This document shows, piece by piece, positions 1 to 12,680 of a DNA stretch of 64,000 nt (position 1 is the first letter of the stretch; the number at the start of each line of letters is the position of its first letter). Made by a program: the position numbers and the translations under genes. The notes beneath the pieces are model-generated. The model was given only the letters and a program-made list of their open reading frames with translations. It searched no databases and was not told where the DNA came from. Source of the DNA: Phyllobates terribilis (lineage: Eukaryota); contig NW_027362767.1 in NCBI RefSeq assembly GCF_046119375.1, positions 400,582,001 through 400,646,000 on the forward strand. The letters run 5' to 3'.

Positions 1-195
1 AGCTTCAGAGCTGTGCGAGTAGACTATACAGGATTGAGTCTGCTAGCGGCGCAAACTCCATTTTTTAGGTAACAGGCCTCATTGAGATGGCAGAGAGGAT
101 TTTTGTTAGGACGTAAAAGGCAAAGTTGCTTTTTTTTTTATGTTTTTTTACAAGTAATTTTACCCATTCAAGAACTTGAGACAACCCCCTTTTAA

Positions 196-507
196 GGCTG
201 CGTGCCCACTATGCGTTTTTCAAGCGTTTTTGCCAAGGAATTCCCGCTGCGAAAATGCTTGGTAATACGTGCCCCATGGTCCCCAATGATAATCCGCATG
301 TGCTGTGTGTATCATTGCGGAAAAATACGCAGCATGTCCATTAATTTTGCGGACACGCAGCTTAATTGCCGCCATTGACTTGCATTGAATCGCTTAATAT
401 CCGCATGAGTACATCTGCACACGCGGATATCACACTGTTCAATGTGTGGATGGTACCTGGGTCTGGAGAAGAGGAGACTCTCATCCAGACCTGGGTACCA
501 TGGTACC

Positions 508-550
<43 letters not shown>

Positions 551-1090
551 AAAATATTATACTTACCTTCTGATGGCCCCCGGTCTTTTCTCCGCTGCGT
601 CTGGTCTCTTGTACTGCTCGCGGTGGTCTAAAAGGACCTGCGGTGACGTTATTTAGCCATGTGACAGGTCACACAACCACTGACATCGGCGGTCACATGA
701 CTAATTGACGTCATGAAAGGTCCTTTTACACCACCGTGAGCAGTACAAGAGACCGGACGCAGCGGAGAGAAGATTGGGGGCCATCAGAAGGTAAGTATAA
801 TCTTTATTTTTTTACCATTTTTATTCTTTTTTTTGTTTTTTTAACTATTAAGTTGGTCACACTATATAAATCCATGTCGTTTGCATGGATTTATATAGTG
901 TGACCAAGTTGTCAAGCACTTTCCAAGTGATGCTAAAATCGCTTGGAAAAGCGCTTGATAACCGCATGCAAAAACGCTTGACAAACGCTTCTACCTGGCG
1001 GGAAAAACGCATGTACAATCCACATGCGTTTTTCCTGCCAGGGAGATGTGGAAAAAATCTGCAGCATTTCTGCATTGTGGACACTTAGCC
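196..1090. mobile_element. Non-autonomous PIF/Harbinger (Tourist-like) MITE, copy 1, in the last BCKDHA intron
   Basis: TAA target duplication (193-195, 1091-1093); imperfect TIRs GGCTGCGTGCCCAC / GTGGACACTTAGCC; internal inverted repeat at ~562-795; near-identical inverted copy at 19163-20071. Confidence 0.8.
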
Positions 1091-1173
1091 TAAGGGTTTA
1101 TCCACAGGTGTCAGAAAATCCACAGCAAATCCAAAAGAGGCAGATTTGGCTGTGGAAATGCCACAAATTTTAA

Positions 1174-1894
1174 CCCCTTCGCGACCTTGGGATTTTCCGT
1201 TTTTGTTTTTTTGCTCCCCTTGTTCCAAGAGCCATAGCGTTTTTATTTTTTGGTCAATATGGCCATGTGAGGGCTTATTTTTTGCGGGACGAGTTGTACT
1301 TTTAAACGGCATTACTTGTTTTACCATATCGTGTACTGGAAAACGGGAAAAAAATTCCAAGTGCGGTGAAATTGCAAAAAAAAAAAAATGCAATTCCAGA
1401 GTTGTTTTTTGATTTTTTTTTTCTTTTCACGTTCACTGGATGCTAAAACTGACCTGCCATTATTATTCTCCAGGTCATTATGAGTTCGTAGATACCAAAC
1501 ATGTATAGGTTCTTTTTTATTTAAGTGGTGAAAAAAAAAATCCAAAGTTTGCTTTAAAAAAAAAAAAAAATGGCACCATTTTCTGAGACCCGTAGCGTCT
1601 CCATTTTTCGGGATCTGGGGCCGGGTGAGGGCTTATTTTTTGCGCGCCGAGCTGACATTTTGATTGATACCATTTTGGGGTAGATACGATGTTTTGATCG
1701 CCCGTTATTGCAATGTTGCGGCGACCAAAAAAACGCAATTCTGACGTTTGGAATTTTTTTCTCGTTACGCCGTTTACCGATCAGATTATTTTTTTATATT
1801 GATCGGGCGATTCTGAACGCGGCGATTCCAAATATGTGTATGTGGGGTTTATTTTTTATTCTTTTATTTTGAATGGGGTGAAAGGGGGGTGATT

Positions 1895-1969
<75 letters not shown>

Positions 1970-2460
1970 TATTTATTTTTTACACTTTTTGCTTGATTCT
2001 ATAGTCTTCATAGGAGACTAGAAGCAGCAACTGTCTGATCGCCTCTTCTACATACAGGGGACGAGCAGGTCCCCTGCATGCAGCAGAAATGCTACTGTGC
2101 GATGAGCGCCAACTACTAGGTGGCGCTCATAGCGATCTTCACATGACAACCACTGGGGTCTGCTGCAGACCCAGGGTTGTCATGCCCACCCTTCGGTGAC
2201 CTGCGATCATGTGACGGGGTCACTGATGGGCGGGATAAGTGACGCGCTTCTGGCGCGGCGATGTTAAATGCTGCTGTCAGAGATTGACAGTGGCATTTAA
2301 CACGTTAACATCCGCGCATGGATCGTGATTCCACCCGGCGGCTGTTGCGGGCAGATGTCAGCTGACATGTGCTGGTTCACTATGGGCTCACCGCCGGAGC
2401 CCGTGCTGAACCGGGGGTGATGGCCTGGGGTGTACTAATATGCCCTGGGCCATTAAGTGG
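1174..2460. mobile_element. Non-autonomous piggyBac-like DNA transposon containing a (TA)n tract
   Basis: TTAA at 1170-1173 and 2461-2464; termini CCCCTT...AAGTGG; no ORF. Confidence 0.6.
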
Positions 2461-2464
2461 TTAA

Positions 2465-2775
2465 CCTCTGCTTCAGAGCCTCTCATACAGCCAGATCAGA
2501 TCTCCTGCTTTTACCCTGAGGTAGGGTGAACACCCTGAAACACATGTCTGCAAATTGAGATTCTGATTTGGCTTTTATCCAAAGTCATGTATCAAGGCTC
2601 ATTAAAGGGTCGATATTGACTTTTAGGATTGCTATTTCCAATTGCTGTCAGTAGCGTTCAAATACTCTCCCTCTTTGAATTTGCATATTTAATTTCCCAG
2701 AGGAGCATTGCATGGCCTATAAGTCTCCTTACACTAGCATGCCAGGCATGTCACCCTCCACAAGGAGAGACGTTA
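2465..2775 (+). mobile_element. Dispersed repeat, probably Penelope-derived; partial reverse copy at ~61620-61730
   Basis: Shared block gcatatttaatttcccagaggagcattgcatggc...acaaggaga; hammerhead-like motif at 2513-2550. Confidence 0.5.
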
Positions 2776-2904
2776 AATTGACAGACAGATTTTTTTTCTG
2801 CATAAAATCTCAACCTCAACACTTTTTTTGGAAAACTTACCCTAAGAGGTCTGTGCGGGCTCCTGGCAATGAATATATATAACACAACCGGTTTCTTTCT
2901 GCAG

Positions 2905-3075
2905 GTCATGGAAGCTTTTGAAGCAGCAGAGCGAAAACGGAAGCCCAGCATCGATCACATGTTCACAGACGTCTATTCCGAGAAGCCGCCGCGTCTGAAG
3001 AAACAGGAGGAGTCTTTGAGAAAACACCTAAAGGTTTATGGGGAACATTACCCCTTGGACACCTTTGAAAAGTAA
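2905..3075 (+). CDS. BCKDHA: Last coding exon of branched-chain alpha-keto acid dehydrogenase E1 alpha subunit; upstream exons lie before the window
   Basis: Acceptor ttctttctgcAG at 2903-2904, then [56 protein letters not shown]. This matches the recalled human C-terminus (VMEAFEQAERK...[12 protein letters not shown]). AATAAA at 3403-3408. Confidence 0.96.
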   Translation, partial: VMEAFEAAERKRKPSIDHMFTDVYSEKPPRLKKQEESLRKHLKVYGEHYPLDTFEK

Positions 3076-5266
3076 CCGCGCCCCACCCCGGGCAGCAGAG
3101 ACATGGTCGTGAGAACGCGGTGACCCTAGGATTCCTGTTACAGGCAGCAGCACACTCCGGCGGGGGCTCCTCTTCAGAGCTGCTCATTCCGGGTTTTTAA
3201 TTTTTTTGAAATACATTTCTGATTTCTGCAGACACCTGTAAATAATTGAGAGAGGGGAGTTTTAAAGCGAGAAATAATCTGGAACTGGGGGTGGAAGGTC
3301 CCAGCCGGAGCCTGAAGAGCGACATAGTCAGAATGATGTAACTTATTCTAGAAGACGAGAACACTAGCGCTAATGGCGGAGGAACTGTATGACATTGCAG
3401 GGAATAAATGCCTCATGGTTGTGGGAATCAGATCGTCTTTAAGTGCATTATTGCGGTATCTCTACTCCTTAAAGAGCTATGCCCATCTTTATTGAATGGC
3501 TATCAGCAGATAGTACTTGTAAAAACAAGCCGTCTTGCAATTTGCTGCTTGTTAAAATTTGCACCCGTTCTTGAGATATGAACACTTTTTTTTGTTTAGT
3601 TTGTTCCCAAGGAAACCGACCACCACTGCTGTCTATTGCTCTGAAGCTAGGCAGGATTAGGAGGTAACTGCACGCTCCAGCGATCCTAACCAGCACTTAC
3701 AAGCTCTCTAGCAGCGGTGGTCAGTCTCCAAGGCAACGATCTGTAAACAGAAAAGCATTGATATTTCAAGAACAGCTGAAAATTTTTTTTTAATCCGCAT
3801 ATGGCAAAATTGCCTGTATTTACAAGTGCCTTTTATAGATCAGACCTATTGGAAAAGGATATACAATGAAGATAGGATAGGGGGTACTTACTTTTTCGCC
3901 TCCATAGCTTGTCTTGACATCAGTTTATTTAGAGGTCATTATTGCAATAATGTCACGGCAGCAAATGACGGCAAAGGGTACGTTTCAGAATTGTGTCCCC
4001 ATTGAAGTATTCCATGGGGACCATAAAAGAACAAGCGGACTGGCTGACAAATATTAGTTGAATAAATAAATAAAATGTCTTAATTTCTATTTGCATAGGA
4101 GGAGTGCACTGTGAAAAACATGGCTGCTTTCTTTCAGAAACAGCGCCACCCCAAGTCATAGGTTGTGCTTGGTATTGCAGTCCAGCTCCACCTCATTCAC
4201 TTCTTCAACGGTACGGAGTTGTAATACCAGACACAATGAGGGTTTTCACCATTCCTCCAAAAAAAAAAAAAAAATACTCTGGCCAAAATGAAATGGTTTG
4301 TGTGGCTTGGACCATGGATCGGATGATTATACGAGTCCGGTGTGACAGTCTCGTATGATAAGTGGCCATATTAATCCCTGACATGATCTACACGATGGAC
4401 TAATAGCACAGCAAATGACGATACCTATTCATGGTGGAAGTGATATTCGGAGAGTGCTGACCCTTTCTGGCACTGTACACACCAGAGGTATTTAAAGGGA
4501 CCCGTCGCTAGATTTGTGCTCCTTTTACCCAACATAGTGTCATTAGACACCTTGTGTTTAGGACAGGGGTGCACAACCTTTTCTGGTCCGAGTGCCACAT
4601 TATCACGTTGCATTACTTCCAAGGGCTGCGATAAAACTGAAAGGGGTATAACATTTTGGGAGGTTTGTGGCATGTCAAAAATATAAAAGACGCAGTATCC
4701 ATTGTCAGGGCTCTGACATATCTGGAGTATTTAGTATGTGAAGGTGCACAAATCTAGGGACGGGTTCCCTTCAAGGTACTTTGGTTCTGCGTTCACACCT
4801 GAATACTCTTAACAAAGCCTTCACTGTAGATGTGAACAGTGCCCAATATACACAATCCCCACATGTCTTGTGGCCGTCTAACAGCCGCGGGGACTCAAAC
4901 ATGTCACTCGACCACCTGCGATACTCTGTGCATACCTGAGCACCCTCAGCAAACTCGAGTAACCGGCACTTGCGCTCATCGCTAAGAGTGACCAATAGTT
5001 GGTGAATGAGCGTTCGTATCGGGCCAAATGAACAGGCCGGCAATCAATGAATGAGCAAAAGGCTTGTACGGCTGGTGTGGTGATTTCGATGCAGCCATTA
5101 AAAATCCTGATCATCAGCAGCGCATTGTCCGGTGTAAACAGGTGATGTGGAGCGGATAGGATGATATCGTACAGGCACAGAACGAGCGTAGGGATGGTTC
5201 TGTAAGTCTAAAATGTTTGTCGGCCTAACAGGCCAGTAAAGAGACGCTCATTGGTGGTCATTTTAA

Positions 5267-5615
5267 AGGGGGTATTCCCTTCTCCAAGGTCCCATCCCAA
5301 TATGTAGTAGGTATAATAATAATATTAGCAAATACCTTTAATTAAAAATGTAGTATAGTTTTTCTGATTCACTATGTCTCTTTCCTCATGTGCAGGCATT
5401 GCTGGACCTTAGGTATCCATAATTACGACCACTGATATAGTGACAGCTAGTTGTTAGTGGTCGTAACTATGGATACCAAGGTTCTGCACACGAGGAAAGA
5501 GACATAGCGAATCAGAAAAAACTATACTACATTTTTAATTAAAGGTATTTGCTAATATTATTATTTTTACACCTACTACATATTGGGATAGGATCTTGGA
5601 GGTGGGAATACCCCT
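5267..5615. mobile_element. Palindromic TTAA-targeting MITE (T2/Kolobok-like), family A copy 1
   Basis: ttaa-AGGGGGTATTCCC...GGGAATACCCCT-ttaa with long internal inverted symmetry. Confidence 0.75.
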
Positions 5616-6530
5616 TTAACAGCCTGGATCGACTTGTGTAAAAGGGGCAATGACCGGGCAACTGATAAACAGATGAGGAATTTGAGGAGGGGGACACCGC
5701 CCAGTTATGACATAACACGATCTGTGGCTTCTGAGCTGTCCTCCGCACACTGCCATCCCGGGCCTTGCACCTCTCCTTCCCCACTCCCTCCAGGATCCTG
5801 AGTGGAGAGAGGACTGCTCCTTACATCCCACTACTCAAGAGGAGAGAAGCTTTTGCAAAGACACCACAAGCCATGGTTATATTTTCTGATGACCCTCATC
5901 TTGATGTTCTTCACTCATCCATTATCCTCCGTTCTGCAGCGGTCTGTTCTTCTCGCCATTCTGTGATTTCCTGCTTGTACAAATTAACCCTCATTAAGTA
6001 AAGCAGGTCTTCAGTTGTGAGATTTACATAATGAGACGTATCCATTACGTGCCGTCCACAATCGCCATGTTTGATGGCAGCTTTCAGTCAATTACCGGTC
6101 CCATAATCACTCTCAATAATGGCCTCGTAATGGCTCACGAGTGCTGCTGGATCCTATGCTCCACATGCTTTACCGGCTGTGGGGTGCGCCGAGCACTGCT
6201 GGGAGTTGTCATGCTTTTAACTCCTTATTCACCACAATGTATTGAGGTTTACTAATGTACAGTAATGGCTCGGATATCATGGTAATAAAGTGCATTAGAT
6301 AGAAAAGGATAAAATGTACAAAAAAATAATTGATCTCTGTTAAATCTGTTTCCTCGATTTAAGGGTAAATCTGTGACCACCGCCCGGTATTCGCTTTGTT
6401 CAGTGCTCTCCATTGTCACACAGTTATTTATGGTCATTGACTCTGGCTTACTGAAAGGAGGTGTTAATGGAGCAGCAGAGAGCATGTACGACCACTGCTC
6501 TATATACTGTGGTCGCACATGCTCACTACT

Positions 6531-7102
6531 TGTCACGCAAGTTGTGGGAAAGACTAAGTGCAACACAAAGGGAAGAGGGGAAGGAAGCCCAAACACTAGG
6601 GAAAGGGGGAGTGGAGACCCCTAGGCAGATCTAATAGCACCCTGCCTACCCTACCGTCCCTATATAGGTTACACACCTATCACCGAACAGGACCCTAAGC
6701 CCTCAATGTCCCTAGAGCTTGGCCCTAGATAGGTAGGGGGAGGGGTGAGCACTGGTCAGGCCCCACTACATACTAAAGACAACAAGGTAGACAAACAAAG
6801 GGGATAAACTTAGCTTGAGCAGACACCAGAGGAGTAATGCCAACTGTCCTCCGAGGGCACCAGAGAAGAAGCTAGTGCTCCAAGCCTGCACAAAGGTACA
6901 TAGAAGTATCACCGGCGATTCCGTGGAGCAAACTGAGTGTTTTTAACTCCCAGGCAAGGGTGTGTCAATCAGCAGCAGGAGGGAGGTCGCTGTTTGGTCC
7001 TAAAGGAATAAGGATTAAGAATGCGTCTGTAATGCCAAGCGCAGTGACCTTCTACAGCCAAATCCAGAGAGACTGTCAATTACACCTGACACATCCGTGA
7101 CA
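6531..7102. mobile_element. Solo LTR (Gypsy-type), 572 bp
   Basis: TGTCACG...CGTGACA termini and a perfect 5-bp TSD CTACT (6526-6530, 7103-7107). Confidence 0.85.
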
Positions 7103-7398
7103 CTACTGCTGTACCCCTTTGGTCCTTCATTCTCACGATAAGTGGGGGTTTCCGCTAACAGAGTCCCATCAATCATTTGTTTTTTTTATCACCTCTGTGA
7201 TTCTGTTATATATGTTGTTTTTAGAGCAACTCCCTTTAAACAAACTAGGTCTATAGCCTCAAAGTAGTTCACGCAGCAGAAAGATCCATTGACACATTAC
7301 CATCTAGTTGCCAAGTACGGTCAGTACATGATAACAAAAGCAGAAATGACACCATGCGCTCATGAGTTGTGCCCGTTATTGCTGTCTAGCTCCCTTAA

Positions 7399-7758
7399 AG
7401 TGGTATTCCCATCTCCCAGATCCTATCCTAATATGTACTAGGTGTAATAATAATAATAATACTAATACAATTAGAAATGTAGTGTAGTTCTTCTGATTAA
7501 TTATGTGGCTTACCCCATGTGCTGGACATTGTAGTAGCTTAGGTAACCATAGTTATGACCACTCATATAGTGACAGTTCATTAGTTAGCTGTTAGTGGTT
7601 GTAACCATGGATACCTAAGCTACTGCAATGCCCCGCACATGGGGTAAGTGACATAGCGAATCAGAATAACTATACTTCATTTCTAATTGGAGATCTTTGC
7701 TAATATTATTTTTTATTATTACACCTACATCTTGGGATAGGAACTTGGAATGGGAATG
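7399..7758. mobile_element. T2/Kolobok-like MITE family A copy 2
   Basis: Same palindromic sequence as 5267-5615; right end degenerate. Confidence 0.7.
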
Positions 7759-7969
7759 AATTACAATGGCACACATGAACTGTGAACAGATGTGGCACTG
7801 CTTTTGGAAGACCATGTCCATTTTTTTTTTCTAGTCTCTAGACTAGTCTCTAGTTGTCCACCCTTTTTTATTTTAAAAATGGCTGCAGGGTGGTTTGAAA
7901 ATTAAAATAAAACAAACATTTATACTAACCATACCCTTTAAATGTAATCTAAAAGGATCAAAAGCTTAA

Positions 7970-8343
7970 AGGGGTATTCCCATCTCCAAGATCCTATCCC
8001 AATATGCAGTAGGTGTAATAACAATAATATTAGCAAATACCTCCTATTAGAAATGTAGTATAGTTCTTCTGATTCGCTATATCGCTCACCTCATGTAGGG
8101 CATTGCAGTAGCTTAGGTATCCATGGCCATGGCTATGACCACTAAGAGCTGTCTAACTAATTAACTAACTGTCACTATATGAGTGTTCATTACCATGGAT
8201 ACCTAAGCTACTGCAATTGCCCTGCACATGGGGTAAGCAACATAGTGAATCTGAAGAACTATACTAAATTTGTAATTGGAGGTATTTGCTAATATTCTTA
8301 ATGTTACATATTGGGATAGGATCTTGGAAATGGGAATATCCCT
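7970..8343. mobile_element. T2/Kolobok-like MITE family A copy 3
   Basis: TTAA at 7966-7969 and 8344-8347. Confidence 0.75.
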
Positions 8344-8613
8344 TTAAAGGTGAGTTCCAAGAAATTTCAGAGGACAGTGCAGAATATTGGATATGTATTC
8401 GTATATTTGAACACTCACAATAGATAAACCCTTATTATAAATAACATATTATTTCCTATAAGGAGAACATACTGGCAGTTAAGTCTTGCACCGAACCATG
8501 CCCCAAAACACATCAGATTAGCAATGTGCCAAGCCACGGGCATTAACTTCATCCTCAAAGGTCAAGGCAGAGGAATTGCGAGTTTAGTCTGGTGTAAAAA
8601 TAAATCACCGGTA

Positions 8614-9810
8614 TCAGCAAGGCTGCGTCAAGGTCCCTTTAAAATCATCCCCCCACATCTTCAAGATCTCTTGGGGGCTTTTCTGATGTACTAAAAGGAA
8701 TTTTTTCTCCAAGCAGTTTGAGGATTTTGATTTCTTTGGCGTATTAAATGTCTTAAATCCAGGGTGTCCAATTGGTTTCACCCCCAAAACCATAAAGCAC
8801 ATTCCAGTGTAGACATCATCGATTGGAAATGGGAACACAAAATGGGACACCAGGTAAAGCCATGGGGTGAGAGATCCGGAAAACACATACCCTCCTCCGC
8901 CGGCATAGGGTGGATACATCCCCATGTAGTAAGAAGTAGGTATGTAGTATTTACTTTGAGGGTCTCTGTAAGGTTTGGCAGACTTCACAACATGTCCCAT
9001 ATAGAGTGAGTGAATCCTATAGCTGCTGAGTAACGATAGGACGCGCATTATGCTGGCCGTCCGGACAAAAACATCATCATCACCTTTAAGTATGTATGTT
9101 GCTTTTGTACAATATGTTCTCGCCCACCCCAAAAACAACTGGTCCTTCAAGGTCAAGTTGAAGAAGGTGTCTTCAAAGTCCCACTGAAGAAGATCATGCG
9201 AGTGGTTGTTCTCATACTCCAAGAGAGGTGACAGATCAAGTACTGGCACTGTTCCCAAGAGGAAGACCAGTCTGACGTACTTCCCACCATAGCTCTTCTC
9301 TGCCCCCCAGGTTTCCCTTACGGCCTGTCTCTGTGCAAAGTTCTGTGGCGAAGACTTGATGGCCAGAAGAAGAAAAGTGCTATTGAGTGGACATTTGTAT
9401 GGCTGGTTAATGATCATTTTATGGTTTCGGCAATGACCCTGTCTGAGGAAGGTCAATAATAGGTCTGAATATGGCTCCTTTGGTGATATCCATGCCATGG
9501 ACCTACTGCATGTCCATGCCCACGGCCTCTGTAAGTCCAGGAGCTGAAGTTGCTTCATATTCCAGTAGGCCTCAGCAAAAGGCACCAGTTTTTTCAAGTT
9601 CTGTGCCAAGGAATGAAGAGCTGCCAAGGTTGCCTTCTCGTCATCTTGTAAGGACTCCAACAGTATCAGTGCGCTGTTGGAAGGTTCTGGAGAAATAGAT
9701 GATGGGTCAGAAAATTCGAAAGGAGGATAACTCAAGTCAATGAAAATTTTGATGACAAAGAGAGTAAGAAGGGCAATGACCGAGATGCTGAACTTCCGGC
9801 ATCTCACCAT
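8614..9810 (-). CDS. B3GNT8: UDP-GlcNAc:betaGal beta-1,3-N-acetylglucosaminyltransferase 8 (GT31), single coding exon, 398 aa
   Basis: Type II membrane anchor after MVRCRK; GT31 motifs LLLAIKS, RQAVRETWG, WDFEDTFFNLTLK, KGDDDVFV, YPPYAGGGGY, FPIDDVYTGMC. Acceptor (ttttttccAG, minus strand) just upstream at 9829-9830; an alternative in-frame ATG lies at 9825. It lies between BCKDHA and DMAC2, as in human. Confidence 0.9.
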   Translation of the reverse strand: MVRCRKFSISVIALLTLFVIKIFIDLSYPPFEFSDPSSISPEPSNSALILLESLQDDEKATLAALHSLAQNLKKLVPFAEAYWNMKQLQLLDLQRPWAWTCSRSMAWISPKEPYSDLLLTFLRQGHCRNHKMIINQPYKCPLNSTFLLLAIKSSPQNFAQRQAVRETWGAEKSYGGKYVRLVFLLGTVPVLDLSPLLEYENNHSHDLLQWDFEDTFFNLTLKDQLFLGWARTYCTKATYILKGDDDVFVRTASIMRVLSLLSSYRIHSLYMGHVVKSAKPYRDPQSKYYIPTSYYMGMYPPYAGGGGYVFSGSLTPWLYLVSHFVFPFPIDDVYTGMCFMVLGVKPIGHPGFKTFNTPKKSKSSNCLEKKFLLVHQKSPQEILKMWGDDFKGTLTQPC

Positions 9811-12536
9811 GGCTGGCCGTTGCATGGGCTGGAAAAAAATATCACAAATATAAATTATTAGTCCTGCACAAAGTATATGAGCCAGACACACTATATATAT
9901 ATATACACAAGAAAAGGTCTCACCTTTATTTCATTATGTTAATACAAGGATCTCCAACCTATGGCTCTACAACTATTGCGAAACTACAACTCACAGCATA
10001 ACATGGTGACAGCTTGAGTCTCGCAACATCTGGAAATCCATAGGTTTAAGACCACCGGTATATGCAATGTTTTTTAGAGAACAAGCCTGAACTCAGAGAT
10101 CCTACTGGTTTTCCGTCAAGTAAAGCCCTAGTGGTGCTGAACCATGCATCTTTCAACTCAATGGTGCTCTATGGCACATCAAAGACTTATGTGGAGGAAA
10201 TCTTGTAAAGATGTATTCCCATCTTATAAAATGATGGTATATTGCTAGAATATGCCATCACTTTATTATCAGTGGGGAATCTGAACTTTAGGACCCCCAC
10301 CAGTCCTGGGAATGAGGGTGTAGAGGTGACACTTGCCTGGCTGTCGACAACAACTACATGGAGCCACCTCTCCATTCATTCTCTGGTGGGGATGTGGTGG
10401 CCACCTCACCAGGGAAGATGGGGGTCCCCTTTTCTGGAGAGGTGGGGCACACATTTATGTCACGTCTTTAAGGTCGGTTTCACACTTCCATGTAACATGG
10501 ACCATGCTAGGATCACAATACCCGGTCCGACCACCGGGTCTCCTGACCTGAGCTAATGAGAAAGTTAGCTCAGGTCAGGAGACCTAGCGGACCACTCAGG
10601 TATTGCGATCCGAACACAGATGGGTGAAACCCAACTCAAAGGGTCATTCCCATAATATCAATCACAGTTTAGTAGCTTGAAATCCTAAAATAAAAATGCA
10701 ATCAATTTCCAAATGTGCTCTCTGCTCACAATATCACCCCCTGAAAACTAGTATGCCAGAGGCTTTTGCTTATTTGGTTGCCCACGGTTACGTCCTCCAG
10801 TTCTTTCAAGATGGGTCGCACATGCTCAGTAGACACCTAATATTCTTCTTCTACAGTGGGTAATCCTTTTCTTAGTTTGCAGTGAGATGGCGCATGTGTG
10901 ATTGCACCATCCTCACTACACAGGGAAAACATGGGCACTGTGCTCCCCGCTCCTCTCAAAGGGGGAACAGCTCCTCTCCTCTCCATCTATGCAGCTCTGC
11001 CGTGTTATAGACACGGCTGAACAAGCGCAGAAGTACCAGCCACTGCACCAACAATGTTTCTTCTCATTAGAAGCATGAATATTTCATATTTGTTACAATG
11101 GCCCCCTCATACCTATAAATACAACTAGGCCTTTATCTGTCTTTGTTGCCCATAGCAACCAATCAGAGTCCAGCTTTCAATTTTTAAATAGCTCTGGTGT
11201 AATGAAAGCTGCACTGTGATTGGTTGCTATGGACAATAAAGAAGAAACTCAGAGATTTTCAGGACTAGAAACCTTTACTCGGGGTGATGGGGACAGACAC
11301 AAATTACATTTATTACTACATTACACAGCACCATGTCTCCTCTTATCACCAGGAGATCACAGTGATGTTTGGAGTAGTAAAGCAGGGAGCCTGGAGAAGC
11401 AGGGGGTTGTGGGAAATGTAGTTTAGAGGAGTCACATGGGCGCCACTAAAGGATCGCCCAAATCATACTTAGCAGACACAATTATAGAGAAGCCAGAAAA
11501 AGATGTAAGAAATTAGCCAGCGAGAGAGGCAATTAGACTAATGGAATTCGGGGTAAAAAAAAAAAATCAGGGATAACGCCTTCTCGATTTTAGGTGCCGG
11601 CTGTGTTATACTGCCAACAACCGCCTCTAACGGCAGTGGCTGCTGTTTAACGCCTTAAATGCCGTTGTTAATCCCTGACTGCAGCATTTAAGTGGCGCGA
11701 TCACCGAAACAATCTTTCTGATGCAATTGCAGTGTGCCGATGGAAAACGTAATCGCCTTTTTAAGTGCAGAATCCCAGAGTTTCCCTAAAAAATGCTGCA
11801 CCTAATCTACATAAAAAACACATAAAAAAGGGGAAAACTGCATAAAAAATGCAATAGTGCTGATTGCTATTGCATATTTTAGTGCAATACCTGCAGAAAA
11901 AAAAGGCATCATTTCTGCATACGGGAACAAGGTTAAGTTTATCTCCCTTTTTTTCCCACATCAAAATGCGCAATAGCAATTAGCTCCAATTATTGCTTTT
12001 TGCTGAATTTTCCCAAATGTTTTTGCTTTTGGTGCAGATTTTTTTCATGTTTTTTTGTTTTTCTTATTGCAGGTTGCACTTAAACGCAATTGTATGTTTT
12101 GTTTTATTTTTAAATTCTTTTTTTTTTTCAGTTTCTCCATAAATGCCTTCAGGAAAAAAATAATAAATAATTGAAATAATAATGAAAAAAAAAAGCCTGA
12201 CAGGTTTTCATACTTTGCATCAATTGTTAAACACAGACAAAAAAAAATCGTATTTCTATTACGTGGGAACAGGTCCTTAGACTTCTAGTTCTGCAGTTCA
12301 TCACAATGATAGCGTCCCATAGTGATGATGAAGCAGCATCTCCTCTAGACGGATGCTTACTGATGACTAAAGATTCCCGGGGAGATCAGCGGCTAATAGC
12401 TGTCACCGTAAAAATCCTACACTGCTTTCTATCCCTTCTGCATGCACTGGGATATATACCTTAATCTGCCTAATGGAGCCGGTAATCCCAGCTGCCCCGT
12501 GTGACATGTAGCGTGGTTGTCAGACACCCGTCTTAC

Positions 12537-12680
12537 CTTACATAGATGTGGCACAGATAATTCCAGCATCGGTTCAGTGACTTGAGTCTTCTTCACCACT
12601 CCCTGGCTGCCGCTGCCTCCTCCTATTTACTTGATTACTGTACTGTACCCAGGCGTCTCCCCCTCCCTTTCTCTCCTCCT
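12537..12680 (-). other. Candidate non-coding 5' exon of B3GNT8
   Basis: Consensus donor AAG|GTAAGA on the minus strand (GT at 12536-12535) in unique, GC-richer sequence, upstream of the 9829 acceptor. The 5' boundary is a guess. Confidence 0.4.

Noticed and set aside
446-631. Poly-Lys ORF
   Set aside because: It is a poly(A) tract within a MITE.
9811-9891. ORF-track N-terminal extension of B3GNT8 (MCLAHIL...)
   Set aside because: It lies upstream of a clear acceptor at 9829-9830 and starts at a non-ATG codon, so it is intronic.
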